In this document: one piece after another, positions 14,840-22,317 of the stretch
How the letters are laid out: each line of letters opens with the position of its first letter
Numbering within the stretch: the stretch's first letter is position 1
Translations under genes and position numbers: made by a program
Assembly: GCA_964575915.1 (NCBI GenBank)
Contig: CAZNTD010000003.1
Span: 1-37,625, forward strand
Reading direction: 5' to 3'
Origin: an uncultured archaeon
GTDB taxonomy: Archaea > Nanohalarchaeota > Nanosalinia > Nanosalinales > Nanohalalkaliarchaeaceae
DNA length: 37,625 nucleotides
Notes under the pieces: generated by a model
What the model was told of the DNA's origin: nothing
The model's input: the letters and a program-made list of their open reading frames with translations, nothing else
The model's database searches: none

Positions 14840-16666
14840 TCACTCGTCGATGAGAAGCAGGTCGGGGTCTTCCAGGTGCGTCACCAGCTCGTTGAGGAAC
14901 TGCGCCGCGTACGCCCCGTCGACCACCCGGTGGTCGAACGTCAGCGACAGCGGCAGCACCTTCCGCACCGTCACCTCGCCATCGACGACGACCGGCTTCT
15001 CCTCGATGACGCCGGTGCCGAGGATACCGACCTCGGGATAGTTGAGGATGGGTGTGCCGTACGACCCGCCGATGGATCCCCAGTTGGTGATGGTGAACGT
15101 GCCGCCCTTCATCTCCTCCAGCGACAGTTCCCGGTCGCGCGCCTTCTCGGCCAGCGTGTTGATATCGCGCGCCAGCTCCAGGATGCTCTTGTCGTCCGCG
15201 TCCTTGATGGTCGGGACGAGCAGGCCGTCGTCGGTCGCGACCGCGACCCCGATGTTGTGGTAGTGTTTCTTCACGACTTCGCCGGTGGTCTCGTCGAGCG
15301 ACGCGTTGAGCAGCGGGTAGTCCTTCAGCGCGGAGATGACCGCCTTCATGATGAACGGCATGAACGTGAGGTGGACGCCCTTCTGCTCGGCCACCCCCTT
15401 CTCCTTCGCCCGGAGCTCCCACAGGTCGGTCACGTCGGCCTCGTCCATCGAGGTGACGTGCGGTGCGGTGTACTTCGACCGCTCCATCTGCCGGGCGATG
15501 GCCCGCCGGGTGCCGGACAGCTCCTCGCGCTCCACCTCGCCCCACTGCGCGAAGTCGTACGTCTTCGGTTCGAACCGGCGGCCGGAGGAGCCGAACGTCT
15601 CTCCCAGCGCCCCGGGCTGCCGGGCCTCCGCGACCGGTTCCCGTGTCTCCGCAGGCTCCCCGGCTGCGTCCCCGCCCGCCTCCGGTTCCGCTGCGGCTTC
15701 CGGCTCCGCCCCGGCCGCGGCCTCGACGTCCGCCTTCGTCACGCGGCCGCCCGGGCCGCCGCCCTCGAGGGTGGTGATGTCGACATCCTTCTCCCGGGCG
15801 AGCCGCCGGGTGGACGGGGCGGCGAGCACCTTCCCGCCGGCCTCCGGTGCGGCCGCCTCCTCCGCCCCGGTGTCGGCCGCTCCCGTGCCGCCCGCGATAG
15901 CCGCCTTCACGTCGGACACGGTGACGGCGCCGTCCGGGCCGCTTCCGGTGACGGAGGCGAGGTCGACGTCCTCGTCCAGCGCCAGTTTCCGGGCGGCCGG
16001 GACCGCCAGCACGTCCCCCGACGGTTCCACGGCCTCCTCCTGCCGGTCCGCCTCCCGGCTCTCCGTCTCCTCCCTGTCCGCGGCTTCCGGCTGTTCATCC
16101 TCGGACAGCGTCCCGACGATGGCAGTACTCTCCGGCACGTCCTCGGCGGCGACCCGGTCCTCCAGCCAGGAGATGAGCGTCTTCCGTTCCTGCCCGTCCT
16201 GCTCCGCGGCCAGCACCGCCACCGGGTCGAGGTCGTCCCGCTCCACCCGGTGTTTCACCTCGTCCACCGTGTGGTCCGCGACCAGTTCCGCCATCTCCTC
16301 GTCCACCGCAGGTTCCGACTCCTCCGGTTCCGCTTCGGCAGTCGCCTCCGCTGATTCGTCCGCTTCGGTATCCATATCCGCCTCGTCTTCCCCCGATCCG
16401 TCCTGTGCTGGCGCCTCCGCGGCTCCGCCCTCGTCGTCGATGACCACGATGACATCGCCGACGTTGATGAGGGCGCCTTCCTCCGCCCGCAACTCCGTGA
16501 TGGTGCCGTCCGTCGGCGAGGGGACCTCGACCACGGCCTTGTCGGTCTCGACCTCGGCCAGAGACTCGTCCTCCTCGACCGAGTCACCCACCTCCACGAG
16601 CCATTTCAGCAGCGTCCCCTCCGTCACCCCCTCCCCGACGTCCGGGAACGTGAACTCCACGACCAT
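14840..16666 (-). CDS. Dihydrolipoamide acyltransferase (E2) of a 2-oxoacid dehydrogenase complex
   Basis: The gene starts at an internal ATG (16666-16664) of the 934-aa track ORF and encodes 608 aa.
- Lipoyl domain: FPDVGEGVTEG...EVETDKAVVEVPSP.
- Two E3/E1-binding-like segments: AVPAARKLALDEDVDLASVTGSGPDGAVTVSDV and LAAPSTRRLAREKDVDITTLEGGGPGGRVTKADV.
- Catalytic domain: LSLTFDHRVVDGA. Confidence 0.9.
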   Translation of the reverse strand: MVVEFTFPDVGEGVTEGTLLKWLVEVGDSVEEDESLAEVETDKAVVEVPSPTDGTITELRAEEGALINVGDVIVVIDDEGGAAEAPAQDGSGEDEADMDTEADESAEATAEAEPEESEPAVDEEMAELVADHTVDEVKHRVERDDLDPVAVLAAEQDGQERKTLISWLEDRVAAEDVPESTAIVGTLSEDEQPEAADREETESREADRQEEAVEPSGDVLAVPAARKLALDEDVDLASVTGSGPDGAVTVSDVKAAIAGGTGAADTGAEEAAAPEAGGKVLAAPSTRRLAREKDVDITTLEGGGPGGRVTKADVEAAAGAEPEAAAEPEAGGDAAGEPAETREPVAEARQPGALGETFGSSGRRFEPKTYDFAQWGEVEREELSGTRRAIARQMERSKYTAPHVTSMDEADVTDLWELRAKEKGVAEQKGVHLTFMPFIMKAVISALKDYPLLNASLDETTGEVVKKHYHNIGVAVATDDGLLVPTIKDADDKSILELARDINTLAEKARDRELSLEEMKGGTFTITNWGSIGGSYGTPILNYPEVGILGTGVIEEKPVVVDGEVTVRKVLPLSLTFDHRVVDGAYAAQFLNELVTHLEDPDLLLIDE

Positions 16667-17634
16667 CAGTACGATAGCACCTCCTCGATGCCGGTCCGGA
16701 TGCGGTCCTCGCCGGGCATGTACGCCTCCTCCCGCGCGAACAGCGGGTACGGCACGTCGAACCCGGTGACCCGTTCGACGGGCGCCTCGAGATGGAGCAG
16801 CGCCTCGTCGTTGATGCGCGCGGTGATCTCGGATGCGGTCCCGAAACTTCGGGATGCCTCCTGCACCACGCAGCACCGCCCGGTCTTCTTCACCGAGTCG
16901 ATGATGGTGTCGGAGTCCATGGGGCTGATGGTGCGAAGGTCGATGAGTTCGATGTCCGCGTCCATATCCGCGACCACCTGCTTCGTCCGGTGGAACATGG
17001 CGCCCCAGGAGACGACGGTCAGGTCGCTTCCCTCCTCCACCACGTTCGCCTCCCGGAGCGGCTCGGTGTGCTCGCCCTCGGGGACCTCCTCCCGGAACGC
17101 GCGGTAGATCTTCTTCGGCTCCAGGAAGACGGTCGGGTCCGGGCTGCGGATGGCGCTGGTCAGCAATCCTTTCGCATCGGACGGGTTCGAGGGGATGACC
17201 ACCTGCAGCCCGCCGATGTGGCCGTAGCCGGCCTCGAAGCTTTCCGAGTGGTGTTCCAGCGCGTGGATGCCGCCGCCGTACGGCGCCCGCACGGTCACGT
17301 TGCATTCGTACCCGCCGCGGCTCCGGGCGCGGAGCCGGGCGACGTGCTGCTGCAACTGGTGGAACCCCTGCGGGATGAACCCGGAGAACTGGATCTCCAC
17401 GACCGGCTTCATGCCGTACGCGGCCATGCCGACGCTGGTCCCGATGATGCCGGCCTCCGCGAGCGGCGAGTCGTACACCTGGCCGGGATACTCGTCGAGG
17501 AGTCCCTTGGTGGCGCGGAACACGCCGCCGTCCACCCCGACATCCTCGCCGTAGATGATGACCGTGTCGTCCCGCGCCATCTCCTCGTGCAGCGCCTGGT
17601 TCACCGCCTCCACGAGGTTCAGTTCGTCGGCCAT
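16666..17634 (-). CDS. 2-oxoacid dehydrogenase E1 component, beta subunit
   Basis: 322 aa, reading NLVEAVNQALHEEM...GEDVG..GGVFRAT.GL...DSPLAEAGIIG. Its stop shares a nucleotide with the E2 ATG at 16666. Confidence 0.9.
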   Translation of the reverse strand: MADELNLVEAVNQALHEEMARDDTVIIYGEDVGVDGGVFRATKGLLDEYPGQVYDSPLAEAGIIGTSVGMAAYGMKPVVEIQFSGFIPQGFHQLQQHVARLRARSRGGYECNVTVRAPYGGGIHALEHHSESFEAGYGHIGGLQVVIPSNPSDAKGLLTSAIRSPDPTVFLEPKKIYRAFREEVPEGEHTEPLREANVVEEGSDLTVVSWGAMFHRTKQVVADMDADIELIDLRTISPMDSDTIIDSVKKTGRCCVVQEASRSFGTASEITARINDEALLHLEAPVERVTGFDVPYPLFAREEAYMPGEDRIRTGIEEVLSY

Positions 17635-18710
17635 CAGGCGTCACCTCCTCCCTGCTCGGCCAGGAACGCCTGCTTCTGCCGCTCCAGTTCGGGCGGCATC
17701 TCGGCGAACACGTGGTCGAACATATCGGCCGGGTCGACCGCCTCCTCGCCCTCCTTCGCCGTCTCTATCTCCGATACCAGTTCGTCCTCGATATCGTCCC
17801 CGATATCCGCGATTGTCTCCTCGTCGAGCACGCCCTTATCCGCCAGATACGTCTCGAACCGGTCGATGGGGTCCTTCTCCTTCCATTCCTCGGTCTCCGA
17901 CTCGTCCCGGTACACCTTGGGGTCGTCGGACGTGGTGTGCATGGACCGGCGGTAGGTGACCGCCTCGATCAGGGTCGGTTCCCCGTTCCGCGCCTTCTCC
18001 AGCGCCTCCTGCGTCGCCTTGTACACCGCGAGCACGTCGTTGCCGTCCACCTGGAGGTGGTCGATGCCGGCGGCGATGGCCTTCTGCGCCAGCGTCTCCG
18101 CGTTCGTCTGGTGCTCCCGTGGCACGGAGATGGCCCACTGGTTGTTCTGGCAGAGGAAGACGGTGTGGGCGTCGAACACGCCGGCGAAGTTCATCGCCTC
18201 GTAGGCGTCGCCCTCGCTGGTCGCGCCGTCACCGAAGTAGACCAGCGCCGCACCATCGTCACCGTTCACCTCCTGCGCCCAGCCGATGCCGGCCGCGTGT
18301 AACGTCTGTGAGCCGACCGGGATGCTGGGCGGCATGGTCGTGCCGGAGTCCTCGCCGGACTCCTCCATCCCCATGGCGTACCACAGCAACCTGTGCATCG
18401 GGGTGCCGCGCGCCAGGAAGGCGGGCTGCTCCCGGAAACTTGGGACCATCCAGTCGTCCTCGTGGAGCGCGATGGCGCTGCCGACCTGCGCGGCCTCCTG
18501 GCCGATGGCCGGGGCGTACGTCCCGATCTCCCCGCGCCGCTGCAGGGCGATGGCCTTCTCGTCCAGTCTGCGGGACCGCCGCATCACCCTGTACATCTCG
18601 AGCAGGGTCTCGTCGTCGAGGTCCGGCTCAAGGTCCTCGTCCACGGTGCCATCGGGCGCAAGGATCTCGAGTTTCTCGACGTCGAAGGAGGCGACGGTCT
18701 CTCTCGGCAT
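17634..18710 (-). CDS. 2-oxoacid dehydrogenase E1 component, alpha subunit (ThDP-dependent)
   Basis: Starts at an internal ATG (18710-18708) of track ORF 17634..19673. The 358-aa product starts MPRETVASFDVEKLEILAPDG and has the ThDP motif YFGDGATSEGD...NNQWAIS. A TATA-like element (rc of 18733-18742) lies about 25-30 nt upstream. Confidence 0.9.
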   Translation of the reverse strand: MPRETVASFDVEKLEILAPDGTVDEDLEPDLDDETLLEMYRVMRRSRRLDEKAIALQRRGEIGTYAPAIGQEAAQVGSAIALHEDDWMVPSFREQPAFLARGTPMHRLLWYAMGMEESGEDSGTTMPPSIPVGSQTLHAAGIGWAQEVNGDDGAALVYFGDGATSEGDAYEAMNFAGVFDAHTVFLCQNNQWAISVPREHQTNAETLAQKAIAAGIDHLQVDGNDVLAVYKATQEALEKARNGEPTLIEAVTYRRSMHTTSDDPKVYRDESETEEWKEKDPIDRFETYLADKGVLDEETIADIGDDIEDELVSEIETAKEGEEAVDPADMFDHVFAEMPPELERQKQAFLAEQGGGDA

Positions 18711-18732
18711 ACCTCTGCCTTCGCGACGCGTC

Positions 18733-18742
18733 CATTTAAATC
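18733..18742 (-). promoter_or_regulatory. TATA-like box for the E1alpha-E1beta-E2-E3 operon
   Basis: CATTTAAATC (near-palindromic) lies about 25-30 nt upstream of the ATG at 18710. Confidence 0.5.
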
Positions 18743-18756
18743 TGATTGTGGGGCCT

Positions 18757-18821
18757 GTTCCGCACCGGTCAAACCCGTTCCACACCGGCCCACGGCGGAA
18801 GTCAGTTCCACGTGTCGGAAC
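18757..18821. promoter_or_regulatory. Three GTTCC(G/A)CAC-type repeats in the divergent oadh/nucS intergenic region (candidate regulator site)
   Basis: GTTCCGCACCGG (18757-18768), GTTCCACACCGG (18777-18788) and GTTCCACGTGTCGGAAC (18805-18821, with inverted GTTCC/GGAAC arms). The third abuts the nucS TATA-like box. Confidence 0.3.
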
Positions 18822-18822
18822 T

Positions 18823-18832
18823 GCTTTAAGGA
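18823..18832 (+). promoter_or_regulatory. TATA-like box for nucS
   Basis: GCTTTAAGGA lies about 22-25 nt upstream of the ATG at 18852. Confidence 0.45.
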
Positions 18833-18851
18833 TTGCAATCTTTCCCCATCC

Positions 18852-19625
18852 ATGGAACAGGTCGTGGTGGAGCCGGACCTCGATGAGGCGGTCGCACTGC
18901 TGGACGATGCGCTGCGCCGCGACGTCACCGTCCAGGTCAACGGGCTCTGCCGGGTCTCCTACCAGGGCCGTGCCAAGTCGAAACTGGACCATGGCGAGCG
19001 CATCGTCATCAAGAAGCAGGACTCCGCCCTCCTCGTCCACGGCCCGGACAACTACCAGCCGAAGAACTGGCAGCCCGAGGTCGACGCATGGGACGTCTCC
19101 CGCGACGGCGACGTCCTCGTCCTCGTCGCCCGCCGCACCGGTCCGGACGAACGGGTGGAGATCCGGTTCGAGTCCATCGCGCTCATCACCATCGCACAGC
19201 TCGTGGACCGGTCCGAACTCCAGGTGCGCGGCCACGAGGTCGACATCCACGAGGCCATCGAGGACGACCCGGGCATCGTCGAGGACGGCCTCACCGTCAT
19301 CGAACGCGAGAAGAAGACCCCGGCCGGCTACATCGACGTCTTCTGCCGGGACGCGGCCGGCGACTACGTCGTCATCGAGGTCAAGCGCAACCCGGACCAC
19401 AACACCGTCCTCCAGTTGCAGCGGTACGTGGACGAGATCGTGGACGAGTTCGCCGGGTACGACGGCGACGTCCGCGGCATCCTCGTCGCCCCGAAGATGA
19501 CCGACCCCGTCCTCGACTACCTCGAGGAGCGGGACCTCGAGTTCGTCGAGGTCGCGATGGAGGACGTCATCGCATCCTACGACGCGCTCGACACGCAGAA
19601 GGGCCTTGACACGTTCACGTCCTGA
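18852..19625 (+). CDS. nucS: Endonuclease NucS (EndoMS)
   Basis: Internal ATG of track ORF 18393..19625, encoding 257 aa. The C-terminal RecB-like nuclease motif is GYIDVFCRDAAGDYVVIEVKR. The N-terminal half has NucS-like strands (VQVNGLCRVSYQGRAKSKL...IKKQDSALLVHG). Confidence 0.85.
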   Translation: MEQVVVEPDLDEAVALLDDALRRDVTVQVNGLCRVSYQGRAKSKLDHGERIVIKKQDSALLVHGPDNYQPKNWQPEVDAWDVSRDGDVLVLVARRTGPDERVEIRFESIALITIAQLVDRSELQVRGHEVDIHEAIEDDPGIVEDGLTVIEREKKTPAGYIDVFCRDAAGDYVVIEVKRNPDHNTVLQLQRYVDEIVDEFAGYDGDVRGILVAPKMTDPVLDYLEERDLEFVEVAMEDVIASYDALDTQKGLDTFTS

Positions 19626-19626
19626 C

Positions 19627-20586
19627 CTAGAACTCGACCGTCTCCCGGATAGCCTGCTCGATGCGCGGTGCATCCGGCAGGTAGTCCTGCTCCAGCTTGT
19701 ACAGCGGGAACACCACGTCCGCCCCGGTCACCCGGCGGATGGGCGACTCCAGGTAGAGGATGTCGTCCTCCGCCACCGTCGCCGCGATCTCCGCACCGAC
19801 CCCGCACGTCTTCGGGGCCTCGTGGACGATGACCAGCCGTCCCGTCTTCTCCACCGACCCCTTCACGGTCTCCCAGTCGATGGGCGAGATGCTGCGCAGG
19901 TCGATGACCTCCACCGACGCGTCCACGTTCTCCGCGGCCTCCAGCGTCGGCCGCATCATCGCCCCCCACGACACCACGGTCACGTCCTCACCCTCCTCCC
20001 GAACCGCCGCGCTGCCGAGGTCCACGGTGTGCTCACCCTCCGGCACCTCCCCGTCGAACGCCCGGTATATCCGCTTCGGCTCCCAGAAGCACACCGGGTC
20101 GTCGCTCCGGATCGCGCTCGATAACAGCCCCTTCGCATCGCCTGGAGTGGACGGGATGACCACCTTGACACCGGGCGTGTGCGCGTACAGCGCCTCCGTG
20201 CTCTCGGAGTGGTGCTCCGGCGCGTGGATGCCGCCGCCGTACGGCGCCCGGATGACCATCGGCGCGGTGTAGGCGCCGCGGCTCCGGTTCCGGATGCGGG
20301 AGACGTGGGAGATGACCTGGTCGAACGCGGGATAGGTGAACCCCATGAACTGGATCTCCGCGACCGGCCGGAAGCCGCGCACCGCCAGCCCGAACGCGGT
20401 CCCGACGATGCCCGACTCCGACAGGGGCGTGTCGATGACCCGGTCCTCCCCGTACTCGTCCAGCAGCCCTTCCGTCGCGCGGAACACGCCGCCGTCCACC
20501 CCCACGTCCTCACCCATGACCAGCACCGACTCGTCGCGCACCATCTCCGTCTTCATCGCATCCCGGACGGCCTCGACCAGGTTCAT
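19627..20586 (-). CDS. Second 2-oxoacid dehydrogenase E1 beta subunit paralog
   Basis: The ATG is at 20586-20584 (MNLVEAVRDAMKTEM...GEDVGVDGGVFRATEGL...DTPLSESGIVG), giving 319 aa. Its stop lies 1 nt from the convergent nucS stop. Confidence 0.9.
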   Translation of the reverse strand: MNLVEAVRDAMKTEMVRDESVLVMGEDVGVDGGVFRATEGLLDEYGEDRVIDTPLSESGIVGTAFGLAVRGFRPVAEIQFMGFTYPAFDQVISHVSRIRNRSRGAYTAPMVIRAPYGGGIHAPEHHSESTEALYAHTPGVKVVIPSTPGDAKGLLSSAIRSDDPVCFWEPKRIYRAFDGEVPEGEHTVDLGSAAVREEGEDVTVVSWGAMMRPTLEAAENVDASVEVIDLRSISPIDWETVKGSVEKTGRLVIVHEAPKTCGVGAEIAATVAEDDILYLESPIRRVTGADVVFPLYKLEQDYLPDAPRIEQAIRETVEF

Positions 20587-20587
20587 C

Positions 20588-21676
20588 TCACTCACCGTCC
20601 TCACCCCCGTCCTGCTGCGCGTCCCGCATCTCCTCCAACTGCCGCTCCAGCCGGGGCGGCATCTCGCTATACATATCCTCGAACATGGCCGACACGTCCG
20701 GGTCCGCGATGGCCTCCGCCGCGTCCACCGCGTCCGACACCGCCGCCTCGACCTCCTCCTGCATCTCCTGCTTCGTCCCGTCGTCCAGCACACCTTCCTC
20801 CCGGAGATACGTCTCGAACCGGTCGATGGGATCCTTCTCCCGCCACGCCTCGACCTCCTCCTCGTCCCGGTACCGCGACGCGTCGTCCGCCGTGGTGTGG
20901 TCGCTCAGCCGGTACGTGTACGCCTCGATGAGCACCGGTTCGCCCTGCCGCGCCGTCTCCACTGCCTCCCGCGTCGCCGCGATCATCGCCAGGACATCGT
21001 TCCCGTCCACCTGGATGCCGTCGAACCCGTACGCCACCGACTTCTGCGCCAGCGTCCCCGCCGCGGTCTGGTCCCTCCGCGGCACCGAGATGGCGTACTG
21101 GTTGTTCTGGCAGACGAACACGGCCGGCAGGCCGAACGCCCCGGCGAAGTTCATCCCCTCGTGGAAGTCGCCCTCCGAGGTCGCGCCGTCACCGAAGTAG
21201 GCGAGCGTGACCGCGCCGTCGTCCTTCAGCTTCGACCCCCAGGCGATCCCCGCGGCGTGCGGCACCTGGCTTCCCACCGGGATGGACACGGTGAAGTCGT
21301 TGTGGTCCTCCGGCACCTGCATGCCGCGCTCATCGCCCTGCCAGTAGACGATGAGGTCGGACAGGTCCAGGCCGCGCGCAACCCATGCCGCCAGTTCCCG
21401 GAACGCCGGGACCACCCAGTCGCCGTCCTGGAGCGCGAAGACGGAGCCGATCTGCGCCGCTTCCTGCCCGCGGCACGACGCGTACGTCCCCAGCCGTCCC
21501 TGCCGCTGCATCTTCAGCATCTTCTCGTCCGCCCGCTTCGCCAGCAGCATGTCCCGGTAGATGTCCAGCAGATCCTCGTCCGACAGGTCCGGCACCCGGT
21601 CCTCGTCGACGACCTGCCCGTCCGCGTCGAGCACCTGGAACATCTCGACGTCGGGCTCGGTGATCGTCTCCCTCAT
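20588..21676 (-). CDS. Second 2-oxoacid dehydrogenase E1 alpha subunit paralog
   Basis: 362 aa with ThDP motif YFGDGATSEGD...NNQYAIS. The same architecture as 17634..18710 but clearly divergent. Confidence 0.9.
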   Translation of the reverse strand: MRETITEPDVEMFQVLDADGQVVDEDRVPDLSDEDLLDIYRDMLLAKRADEKMLKMQRQGRLGTYASCRGQEAAQIGSVFALQDGDWVVPAFRELAAWVARGLDLSDLIVYWQGDERGMQVPEDHNDFTVSIPVGSQVPHAAGIAWGSKLKDDGAVTLAYFGDGATSEGDFHEGMNFAGAFGLPAVFVCQNNQYAISVPRRDQTAAGTLAQKSVAYGFDGIQVDGNDVLAMIAATREAVETARQGEPVLIEAYTYRLSDHTTADDASRYRDEEEVEAWREKDPIDRFETYLREEGVLDDGTKQEMQEEVEAAVSDAVDAAEAIADPDVSAMFEDMYSEMPPRLERQLEEMRDAQQDGGEDGE

Positions 21677-21699
21677 GCACCGAACCTCCGTCCGGCCGG

Positions 21700-21709
21700 C
21701 ATATAAAAC
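21700..21709. promoter_or_regulatory. Shared or bidirectional TATA-like box between the E1alpha paralog (minus) and the FMN reductase gene (plus)
   Basis: CATATAAAAC lies about 25 nt from the ATG at 21676 (minus strand) and about 25 nt from the ATG at 21730 (plus strand). Confidence 0.4.
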
Positions 21710-21729
21710 TACCGTGCCAAGTGTGGGAC

Positions 21730-22278
21730 ATGCTCTACCTCGTCGTCATCGGCACGGTGCGGAACGGCCGGCGGTCCATCCATCCGGCCCGGGAGGTCGT
21801 CGCCCGGCTGGAGTCCCGCGGCCACGACGTCACGTTCTTCGACATGGCCGAGAAGGACATCCCGCTTCTCGAGACCCGGACGTACACCGATCCCGGCGAA
21901 CCGGCGGAGGACGTGCAGGAGTTCTCCCGGCTCGTCGAGGAGTGCGACGGTCTCGTCATCGTCTCGCCCGAGTACAACCACACCATCCCCGGCGCGCTGA
22001 AGAACCTCATCGACCACTGCTACCCGGAGTACGAGGACGTGCCGTTCTCGTTCGTCACGGTATCCGCCGGCGGGTTCGGCGGCGTCCGGCTGGCCGACGA
22101 CCTCCGGCAACTCGCGGTCACGCTCAACGCCTGGCCCGGCCCGTCCCTCCCGGTCTCGAACGTTGGCGACGTGTTCTCCGACGACGGCGATCTCGTAGAC
22201 GACCAGTACGACGACCGGTTCGACTCGTTCCTCGACCGGGTGGAGGAGCACACGGAACGGTTCGCCGCCCGGGACTGA
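21730..22278 (+). CDS. NAD(P)H-dependent FMN reductase family oxidoreductase
   Basis: MLYLVVIGTVRNGRRS...DGLVIVSPEYNHTIPGALKNLID is the typical FMN_red (SsuE/ArsH-like) signature. The ATG at 21730 is preferred over the GTG at 21721 on TATA spacing. Confidence 0.8.
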   Translation: MLYLVVIGTVRNGRRSIHPAREVVARLESRGHDVTFFDMAEKDIPLLETRTYTDPGEPAEDVQEFSRLVEECDGLVIVSPEYNHTIPGALKNLIDHCYPEYEDVPFSFVTVSAGGFGGVRLADDLRQLAVTLNAWPGPSLPVSNVGDVFSDDGDLVDDQYDDRFDSFLDRVEEHTERFAARD

Positions 22279-22317
22279 CCCGGTCCATTCTTTAACCCTC
22301 CTGCGCATATACGTCGC

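Noticed and set aside
13451-16354. 967-aa plus-strand ORF antisense to lpdA and E2. The same pattern applies to the 478-aa ORF 14109..15545 and the 477-aa ORF 15336..16769.
   Set aside because: It is low-complexity Arg/Pro/Gly/His-rich and carries no motifs. The opposite strand encodes unmistakable E3 and E2 proteins.
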